A stretch of 63,870 bases of DNA, filler included, from Syncephalis fuscata S228 (lineage: Eukaryota; Fungi; Zoopagomycota): NCBI GenBank assembly GCA_025786725.1. It is 5 parts of 5 records of this genome, joined end to end, with 100 filler letters (N's around TTAATTAATTAA, not from the genome) between each part and the next. Parts side by side here need not be neighbours in the genome. Positions count along the whole stretch, not along the records: positions 14,584 to 34,072 come from JAHLTZ010000174.1; 4 more parts are not named here. One strand, given 5' to 3'. The notes below the pieces were generated by a model, which was not told the DNA's origin, made no database searches, and saw nothing but the letters and a program-made list of their open reading frames with translations. Below, piece by piece: positions 14,484 to 24,693 of this stretch (positions are counted from its first letter, which is position 1; each line of letters opens with the position of its first letter). The translations under genes and the position numbers were made by a program.

Positions 14484-14583
14484 NNNNNNNNNNNNNNNNN
14501 NNNNNNNNNNNNNNNNNNNNNNNNNNNTTAATTAATTAANNNNNNNNNNNNNNNNNNNNNNNNNNNNNNNNNNNNNNNNNNNN
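14484..14583. other. Artificial contig linker (N-TTAATTAATTAA-N)
   Basis: 100-nt N run containing a six-frame stop linker. The phosphomutase gene is cut here. Confidence 0.97.
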
Positions 14584-16313
14584 AAGGTAATCATTTGTGC
14601 TGATGACGAGACAGGCAGTGTAGGACGTCCATCAGGTTGGCTAGAATCGTAGCCGATGGTAAGATCGCGTATATACGCCACTTTGGCATTAGCAATGGTT
14701 TTTGGATAGTGAAGAGCATAAGCATAGCCGGAATGTTCATTAGCAGTAGCTGGCTGGGTGTTTCACCAAATCGTATACGATCAAATAATGTACGAATGGT
14801 TACGGGTCATAACATTTTACATAGGCATTATTGGAACGGAAATGGCCGTATTTCTCATAAAGCCCATTTAAATGACCACCTATTGTCTTATTGGCCGCGT
14901 ATAGCCTTGCTGTTAATTGTGCAAAATAAACAAGTGCGCTAACACCATCTTTATCAGGCACTGTATCTCCAATCATATAGCCAATTGCTTCTTCATAGGC
15001 AAATGGGACGGTGTAGCCTTCAGATCGTAGACTCAGTGCACGATTACCAATCCATTTAAAGCCAGTCAAACACTCTTCAACGCGAAATCCTTCAATTTTG
15101 CCCATACGTGCTAGCATTTTTGAGGAAACTGCGCTGCATGTCATTGCAATACGTGATGGTTCGATGCTATGTCGTTTGACATGGTCTTGGAACAATGCCT
15201 CGGCAAAAATTACGCCCAATTCATTGCCAGAGAATGTTCGCCACTCGCCGCTTGCTTGACGTTCAATGGCGGTAAAACGGTCAGCATCCGGATCATTTGC
15301 CAGAATGACCGTTGCATGCATCTCGTTAGCCACTGCTTGGGCCACATCAAGTGCACCTCGTTCCTCGGGATTTGGAAAGGCCACTGTTGGAAAGTCAGGG
15401 TCTGGCTTGCGTTGCACTTCAACTGAAGCATAAGCTGGCAAGCCAAATGTTTCAAATGCTCGGCGTGCAAATGGCTCACCAACACCGTGCATTGCCGTGT
15501 AAGCAAATCGGACAGAGCATGTGGCATTCGCCGTACGATCGCAGATAAGTGACGTGAGCGAGTCGTAATAAGCATTTGATACCTCTTCTATTGGATCAGA
15601 GCATAGTGTTGATGCGGCTGTATCCACAAGTGTTTTGTTCCATAGCCATGGCTCTAGATTCTGGTTAATTGCCTCGGCAATACCTTTATCGTGTGGTGGT
15701 ATAATCTGGCAAGCATTATCCCAATAGACTTTATAGCCATTATCGTCTTTTGGATTATGCGACGCTGTAATCATCACACCACAGGCAGCCTTTAAATACT
15801 TGACACCAAATGGTACAAGTGGTGTATGCACAAGATCGTGATAATAGTAGACGCGCACTCCGCGATGCAGAAAAGCTGACGCAGTTAGTCGGGCAAACGA
15901 CTCAGAGTGATGGCGATGATCGTGACCGATAACGATGCCTTTCGTTGCAGCCTGGTCTATGGTACGCAGTACATAATCACATAGGCCCTGTGAGGCTTGA
16001 AGAACGGTAAGATCATTCATACAAGCGAATCCCGGTGCCATACGGGCCCGCAGACCTAATAACACAGCGGTATAAGCATTTATTTACACTAAATAAGCCA
16101 GTTATTACCAGCAGTGCCAAATGCGATGCGTGGCATCATCAGAGCAGTTAATGCTGACACGTCACTAGCATCAACAAGTGCTTGCACGGCAGCATGAGTT
16201 TCGGGATTCTGTAGATGGCTTTAGTTTAGTATTTGTCAGTACACATAGCTATGCAAAGTTACCTGGTCCATACGAAGCCATTGCTCTGCTAAAGTGGCCA
16301 GTTGAGTATTCAT
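14584..16313 (-). CDS. PGM2: Phosphoglucomutase/phosphopentomutase (PGM2/yeast Pgm3 type), 3'-truncated by the linker. Exons 16313-16263, 16208-16109, 16055-14584, with an apparent 1-nt deletion near 14803
   Basis: FGTAGLRARM, catalytic ITASHNP, metal loop DPDADR, GFKW, YEEAIG and DKDG. After the frameshift the reading continues ...RDLTIGYDSSQPDGRPTLPVSSSAQMITF. Confidence 0.92.
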
Positions 16314-17677
16314 ATTGGCTATTCAAGGATATAGAAATAGATGGTTGGTAAAGGTTCTATTTTTTATGAGTCATAACAATGCAAATGCTATGTACTCGTG
16401 TTACTTGGAATGATATATTTAGTAACATGAATCGATGTGTTTATTTTTATTCTAATCTCATTCACTATTAGCTGTGTAGGTTGTAAGTAGTTGGTTTACT
16501 GAGATATAAAAAAAAGAATAAAACTATTGAATTCAAAAATAAACAAATAACTAGCCATATGCAACTAAAATGACTATTTGCATTTCTTTGTAGCAATTTC
16601 TGTGCTTGTCTACGATATATCATAATCTCTCAAGTCAGTATACTGATGCAACTGCTGTCAAGTCCAAGTGTGTATCGGAAGAATAATAAAACAACATGGT
16701 TTAACGCCACTGTCCCATAAACACTAGTTTACCGCCTATTGAGTTATTTCATAGACTATTACCACATTAAGCCATTTATCCTTTGTCTCCACAATTCAAC
16801 TGTATTTGTCCTTATTATCCAGATAAATACAGCGATCTCAATGGAGTAAATAAATACTGGCTTGTAGTGCAATTTATACGTGAGATTCATTTATACCATA
16901 ATGATGAATTTTATAGCAGCAATACAAACCTACAAATTGTCTATCTACTTTTTATTTGAGCTGATAAATAATATACAATTGTTTAGCTAGTTAAATTAAA
17001 TAACATTATAGCTAACAACATAAAAGTGCCAATTATACAATGTTCAACGATACAGTATTTATTTCATAATATTGCATACATTCAAACTGAATGATGCAAT
17101 AACGCTGTTATATACAATCTATATCATTTGCGAATAAGCAACAATATAATAGTAGTTTTGTGTTAATCAAATGACGACTTTATTAAGTAATAATGACTAC
17201 ATATTAATAATAATTTGAGTACTTATAGTATACCTGTAAATAATTAAATACTAATTGCTATTTGAATGATAATAGCATTAAAATTACTTTAGTTTACATT
17301 GTTTACTAACATAGCGCATTTGTACAAGTTTATTGTCAATATAATAAACTATTAATGTTTGCTAGTCTTTGTAAGCAAATGGAATATGAACATAGCTATA
17401 AGAGCTTAATCAAACATAATTAGAGTGAAACCATATGTTTATTACTATAAGTCTGCATAGCTGAGTGTGTACAGAAAAATAGAGACATGTTGGCAATATA
17501 GTGGGTCCATCGATTAAGAGTTGAATAAACCGGAGAATTAGTTGGAATTTGATATATGAATGGACTGAATGGCGTAGTTGTCAAATGAGCTTGATTTTTG
17601 CCGAATATATACCTAAAATATATGTAACTTGCAGTCCAACCATACTACCAATACTAATATCTTGGATGCACCGGTTA

Positions 17678-19903
17678 TTCTATAATCATAAAACATATAT
17701 AAAATATCATATGATTAGCGTATGAGTTAACACTGTAAGTTGCTACTTACAAGCTATTATTACAAATGGGCAATTACATACAGCACATGGTATATATTTA
17801 GTGCATAGTTGATTATAGTATATAATACCACTTACGAGCTATTAGTGCAAAACATCAAACACATACAATACATAACATATGCTTAGCGCATAATTAATTA
17901 GTATAAAATAACACTTACTAGCTATTGATACAAATGGTCAAGCACATACAGCAGGTGGCATATATTTAGTGCATAGTTGATTAGTATACAATACCACTTA
18001 CGAGCTATCAATGCAAGTTATCAAGCACGCGCAGTGTATGATGTATGTTTAGCGTATAGTTAGTTAATACATAATATTACTTACTAACTATTAATGCAAA
18101 TTATTAAGCATGCAGTATACATGGCATATGCTTAGCGTATAGTTAATTAATATATATTGTTATTTACCAGCTATTAATACAAAATATCAAATACACAAAA
18201 TGCATGGTCTATGTTTAGCACATAGCTAATTAGTATAAAATGTCACTTACTGCCTATTAATACAAATTATTAAACATGCATTGTACATGGTATATGTTTA
18301 TCGCGTAATTGATTAATATACTATATTACTTACGTCCTATTAATACAAATTGTTGTAAGTAAAAAGCATGGTATTTGTTTAGTGTGTAGTCAATTAGTAT
18401 ACAATGCCACTTACCAGCTATTAATACAAATTATTGAGTACACAGAGTGTATAAAATATTTTTAGTATGTAGTTAATTGATATATAGTGTTATTTACCAG
18501 CTATTAATACAAATTATTAAATACACAGAGCGTATAAAATATTTTTAGCACATAGTTAGTTGGTATACAATGTCACTTACAACCTATTAATACAAAATAT
18601 TGAGCATGCATTGTATATGGCATATACTTAGTGTATAGTTAATTGTTATAAAATATCACTTACCAGCTATTGATACAAATTATCAAACACGCACGTATAT
18701 AATATATGTTTAGCACGTAGTTAGTTAGTATACAATACCACTTACATTTTATTAAGATAAATTATTAAGCACATACAGCACATGGTATATGTTCAACGCA
18801 TAGTTAATTGATATAATATCACTTACTAGTTATTACTATAAATAATCAAGTACATACAGCACATGGCATATGTTTAGCGTATAATCAATTAGTATATAGT
18901 GTTACTTACTTCCTATTAATGCAACCCATCAAACACACAAAGTGCATGGTATATATTTAACTTATATTTAGTTAATATACAATACTACTTACGGCCTATT
19001 AATACAAGTTATTAAACACGTAAAGTGTACGATGTATATTTAGTATATAGCTAACCAATATGCAGCACCACTTACCATCTATTAATACAAATTATTAAAT
19101 ACACAGAGTGCATGATATATATTTAACGTATATTTAGTTAATATACAATGCCACTTACTTTCTAATTAATGCAAGTTATCAAACACGCAAAGTGTACGGT
19201 GTATGTTTAGTATATAGCTAATCAATATGCAGTACCACTTAACATCTATTAATACAAATTATTAGATACACAGAGTGCATAATATATATTTAGTATGTAG
19301 TCAATTAGTATACAATGCCACTTACCGACTATTAAAATTATTAGACATGCATTGTACATGGAATATGTTTAGTGTATAGTTAATTGATATAAAATATCAC
19401 TTACCAGCTATTAATATAGGTTATTAGACACACATAGTCCATGATATATGTTTAACGTATAGTTAATTAGTATATGATGTTACTTACGAACTATTAAAAT
19501 TATTAGGCATACATTGTACATGGCATATGTTTAGCGTATAGTTAATTCGTATATAATGCTACTTGCCTTCTATTAATACAAATTATCAAATACACATAGT
19601 CCATGATATATGTTCAGTGCATAGTCAATTAATACACAACATCACTTACGAGCTATCAATAAAAGTTGTTAAACACATACAGTAGATAACATATAATTAG
19701 TATATAAATGATTGATATACAATATAACTTACGCTCTATTGACGTTAGTTTGTTGACAAAAAATAATATTTAGCCAAGTGAATAGCTAACTATTGTAACT
19801 GCAACATACCACGACGGGCTAGAACTGGCTTAGCATCCACCATAGCTGTAGCGGCTATCAAAGCCACAATGACGGTGCAGACGACGGCAATAGAAAGCTT
19901 CAT
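17678..19903 (-). CDS. Predicted 56-aa secreted prepro-peptide encoded by a 94-nt signal-peptide exon (19903-19810), 25 three-nt micro-exons and a terminal exon starting at 17679
   Basis: Exon 1 = MKLSIAVVCTVIVALIAATAMVDAKPVLARR+G|GTATGT. Micro-exons in order: AGC,CTC,AAG,TTC,CTG,TCG,ATG,AAA,ATG,GCC,GAA,CTA,AAT,CTG,GTT,CTG,CTG,GAC,GCA,CTG,TTA,CTC,CTA,CTC,CTT; 22 of 25 have both an AG acceptor and a GT/GC donor. Joined reading: EPQVPVDENGRTKSGSAGRTVTPTP then T|AA stop. No transcript data are available. Confidence 0.8.
17744..19740 (-). repeat. Tandem array of ~83-bp units (76-82-nt intron plus 3-nt exon), 25 copies
   Basis: On the + strand acttac-NNN-ctatt recurs about every 83 nt (NNN starts at 17751, 17836, 17919, 18002, 18085 ... 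19650, 19733). Confidence 0.95.
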
Positions 19904-20079
19904 GGTGATATTGATTTGTTAAGACAAACAAGTAGAATGAACGATAGATTGTAGTAGTATAAAGTAGGTAGTAGTGAGTGGTTGTCAGAAAGCAGAAAAC
20001 GATGATGATACTGCTAGTTAGTTGTATGTATTTTGTGAGCTATTTAAGTCTATGTTTATTTTAAAGCATCAGCAATTTA

Positions 20080-20086
20080 TTTTATA
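20080..20086 (-). promoter_or_regulatory. Candidate TATA box of the micro-exon peptide gene
   Basis: TATAAAA on the minus strand ~180 nt upstream of the ATG at 19903. The region is AT-rich, so specificity is low. Confidence 0.35.
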
Positions 20087-21116
20087 AAATATGCCATTGG
20101 AGCGCAATGTGAACCAATAAAATGCATTGACATGATAGTTTGAAGCACGGGTATAATGCTAGAATAATGATCTATTACCGTGTAGCTTAGCCTTTGTTCT
20201 GACCGGTTTGCCCTTACACCAATGGTACAACAATATCAATAGTCCAATACACATATGTAGGGACTTGTCTATTGATGTGTACCCTATCGGTACACAACTC
20301 GACTATTCAATGCAAACTAAATCTATTGGTTCTACAGAAGCAGTGACGATGCATCTTCGTGCTTTTATTGCTGCTTCACCAAAAACATTCTAATCCCAAT
20401 ATCTGCATCATTTCAAACTACACATAACTTAAAAAATAGCGCATTGTCATTGAACATACCTCGATATAAGCTTTTTTATGAAATTAGTTTTGTTTGACAC
20501 CAAACTACATTCTCTTCATTTTATAAATGGCCACAAGTTTATTAATAGCTGGTAAATAAAAGCTATTTATTCCTCTTTCAAACTCCATGACACCGATACA
20601 AAACCAGCATCAATAAACTGAGCTTGTACTTTTCTACATGTCTATACTGTTGTGCATAAACTAATTGCAATTGTTAAACCATGCACTATATTAATTGGTT
20701 CACGTGGCCATTCTACTTGACATTGCGGCTTAAACTACAAGAATTACCTGTTCATTTCTAGCCCTGTGCTACCAATCATTAATACAGGCCTTATCGCTAT
20801 CAGTCAATTCCTGTTATTAATTATTGGCTGCTGCGTAATGGTATTCCCGATAATGAAGCATTGGACTCGAGTATTGATGTTGTTGATTGATTGATTATAA
20901 AGTAATGTAAAGACGCTAGAGTTTATTCATCAGACCATTTTAGTTGAATATATGTCTATTATTGCTAAAATGGATAGTTCAATTGTGTTTGTATCTATGT
21001 AATTAATTGTCACGTATTAATGGCTACGAAAGAAAAGCTGTTTTTAATTAAACTAAAAATAAAATATAATGGCGATAACATTAAAATGAACTAAACATAT
21101 GTACTGTATAACGTTA

Positions 21117-22853
21117 CTACGGAATACGTACTGAGCGAATTACGTGGTCATTTGTCGTCATCTCTTCTTGTAGATTTATGTAAACTAGTTGATACTGCCT
21201 AGCTCTAGATATTTTGATTGTATCACACCGGAAAGCATTAAGCCATCGTTGAGGACGTCGATTAAGATCCATGGGCACCGGTATCGCTGGATCAAACAAT
21301 AGCAGATATTGAGTTCCATTTGCCAGTTGCTCCAGACCTACAATACAACGGCTATGTCCTGTAAACAACTGTATTAATGCCCATTGCTTCAATAATCAAT
21401 AATACAATACCTTGATGTTGCAAGTAAAGAGGTGGCTTTTGTGTATAGTAGATCCTATTGGTGCTTGAACGTTGTGATAAAGGATGATTGTCTACATCAA
21501 AATATTCCTGGACTACACGAAATAGTTCATCATGTTGTCCTCGAGGACCACTTGGGCAATGAAAGTCAATAATATGGCATCTAGTAACAATATTAATATT
21601 AGTAATCTTTTCGATTAAACACTGCTTACTTGACGCCAAGATATGAAAAAAACGTGTACATCTCCGTGGCTCCAATCCATTTGCTTGTTCCTTGTAAATA
21701 ATAGCCAAGTTGCTGCGCGCCTGCCATATCCCAACCTATTATTGAGCTTTTTAATGCTGAACGTAGATTGAGTATCTTTGTGTACCTACCCTGTTGCCAT
21801 GCTTCCTCGACATGTTGTTGGATTTCCGATATTTCCATTACATGGGATATTCGCTCGGGACACAGCGATACTAGTACAGACATAAACATTTGTATATTAC
21901 GATAGCCACAGCCCCAACGTTGATCTTGACGGCCACTAGGAATGTGCACTATACCAGTATGACATAGATTTGCTGAGCCTATCAATCGTTGTTGCATTAC
22001 TGGCAGTACACCTAGTAGTATATAAATATAAACCATTAAAGTTTAGCAATTAACATTTTACTCATTTACCTAGTGTAACGCATGTTTGATGCAAATAAGC
22101 ATTGCAAAATTCTGTTGTTATATTTTGTTCTTCTGTTGGAAGTTCTACTTTAGTATTAGCCGTCTAGTTCATCAATTAATTAAATATATATGTAAGATAA
22201 ATTGCTTTATTAATACCTGTATGGGGTTTTCTTCAGCCAATTCGATAATAATAGTTTCATCAAAGTTATCGATTTGTTGTTGTACTTTTTGTGCCAAGTG
22301 CAAATCTTTATGGCTAGTCCATTGGTCTTTAGGTACTAAATATTACTTGCCAATTAATTATGAGCGTTTTGTTGTCTACACTGCCTACCTAACTGTTTAC
22401 AACATTCACAGAGATGGGCAGTGGACTTTGATGAAGATGCTTGTTTTGAATCTTGTTTAGTTTTATTATCTTGTGATATAAAATGCATCTCAACATGGAG
22501 TTCACGTTCATGCAATGATCCTGTTAGCGCAAGCTGGCAAACTGGACATTCAGATATTAAAGCATTGCAAGCATCTTCTGTAGTTGTTATGTTACCCATC
22601 ATTGATTCTATAATGTTAAATTAATTATTAAACCAAGTGCAATACAACTATCTACTATTTAGTTGGTAGTTTTAAAATCCTACTGACCAGAAATTATGGT
22701 ATCATTATAGTCTGGGTCGTTGAAATGCTCATTAACATGATGGAGAAAAGCCGGTTCATCTCCTAAAAAATCAGACTGACATATAGGACATTGCCGCCTA
22801 TCGTCAGCTTCGTCAGTAGTATTGGAATAAAAATGCTTATGCCAATCATCCAT
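21117..22853 (-). CDS. ZUP1: ZUP1/ZUFSP/Mug105-like peptidase family C78 (deubiquitinase-type) with N-terminal UBZ-like zinc fingers; multi-exon, start approximate
   Basis: DQRWGCGYRNIQM (catalytic Cys), KWIGATE, PPLYLQHQG|HSRCIVG and LLLFDP. Zinc fingers: CPICQ..FLHHVNEHF and CPVCQ..ELHVEMHF. Confidence 0.82.
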
Positions 22854-23739
22854 GCTTTCTTTTCTTGATATTACCGCGTGTAATATACAAACTAAAAATT
22901 TAAGTTGATGTAACGCCTCCTTCTGAGCGCTGCAATAGTTATGCTAGTATGTTGAATTGTAGTCGAAGGGGATAAGAGTGTGGTATAGGTCATAGAATAT
23001 GGCCAAAATATCCCATTCTAAATCAACAAATACATGGGCCTCAATAAAAAAAAAGAAAACTTGAAAAACTAGTTTACAGCCAAGTATCCAGTATAAATAC
23101 CACTGTGTTACTACTAACTGCGCTGTCTTTTATGTCTTACCTTTTTATTTCTTTTCTTTCATGTTTTACTTCAATGTTAATCAAGTCAGACATTGCTAAT
23201 ATTCAATTATTTTATTACATCATTTATTTTAACTACCATGATAACAGTATTCCGTTTTTGATGATGTTATAATTGTATGTGCCACTCATTATTCTAAATA
23301 AAATTTATTATAATAAAATAAATATTGGTCAGAATGTAACGTATATCGTTTGTTATAAAATAATATGGTATAATTTTATAGCTACTCAAGGACAAAAATA
23401 GACAAAATAGCAATAGGATCATCAGTAATATTGAGCATAGTCGACGTAATTATAAATGCTATAATACAATAATGGTCAATTAGTTGCCATATCTATATAC
23501 TACTACAATCAATTAATTAAAATATTAAAAAAGTGTACATCGCATTACTATTATTACGATACTACGTCATATTATTATAACAATTGGACTAATTATACTA
23601 TATAGTTAAACAATACACCATACGTGAATGGTTTTAAGAATAGCAGATATATCGGATATCAACACCAACTACCATCTTCATTTAAACACTTTACTATTGA
23701 CTTATAATAGTTAGGGACAGCTTAAAAAAGCAATTATAA

Positions 23740-24693
23740 TGTAATTAGGTGGTAAAAGACAATGTAATTTGAATTAAAAAACAATCATAGCTGTTTAATT
23801 AAAAAGCTTTATTAATATTTTGTATAGCTTTACGTAGAATAAAGCAAATTGTCTGATATTTTGCACAGATATACGTATAACATATAGCTAACTATTGGCA
23901 AAGTATACTGTAACTATATTGCATGACGGTGTAATAATTGTGATAATACACTAATAAATGTGCAAAAATAACAGTTTCTAGTCATTTATGGCTTATATAC
24001 TTAAAATACAGCAAAATGATTGCCGAATTCGAATTCTCCATGCTTAGCTATACAGATTGGCATAAGAAATGGAACAATGATTTTTGCAGCAAAATTTAGT
24101 CGAAAATGCAATTTACGTGTTATTAATTAACAAAACTTTACGCTATGTATATGTATATGGCATGGATTGTCACAGTATATCAGTATTTTTAATAGCAGCT
24201 TCTTTATGCTTGTTTGATTGCTTTAAAGTGTTTGAATTTACTTTAGATTAAATCTCATTTTAGTATTTAATGTTTGAAAGCATAAAGTTTAGTCAATTTT
24301 GGTCAATTAATAACACGTAAATTGCATTTTCGACTAAATTTTGCTGCAAAAACCATTGTTCCATTGCTTATGCCAATCTGTATAGCTAAGCATGGAGAAT
24401 TCGAATTCGGCAATCATTTTGCTGTATTTTAAGTATATAAGCCATAAATGACTAGAAACTGTTATTTTTGCACATTTATTAGTGTATTATCACAATTATT
24501 ACACCGTCATGCAATATAGTTACAGTATACTTTGCCAATAGTTAGCTATATGTTATACGTATATCTGTGCAAAATATCAGACAATTTGCTTTATTCTACG
24601 TAAAGCTATACAAAATATTAATAAAGCTTTTTAATTAAACAGCTATGATTGTTTTTTAATTCAAATTACATTGTCTTTTACCACCTAATTACA
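23740..24693. repeat. Long near-perfect inverted repeat (foldback): arms ~23740-24128 and ~24305-24693, ~175-nt spacer
   Basis: tgtaattaggtggtaaaagac...tttacgtgttattaatt is the reverse complement of aattaataacacgtaaa...gtcttttaccacctaattaca. I saw two mismatches in ~390 bp. Confidence 0.92.

Noticed and set aside
14484-14583. TTAATTAATTAA palindrome as a biological site (also at 34073, 55709, 61316)
   Set aside because: It is an identical six-frame-stop linker inside fixed 100-nt N blocks, so an artificial join. Neighbourhood across linkers carries no information.
17744-19740. CRISPR array or plain satellite DNA
   Set aside because: The context is eukaryotic, there are no cas genes, and the variable part is only 3 nt. 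The conserved parts are splice signals, and the array links a signal exon to a stop in frame.
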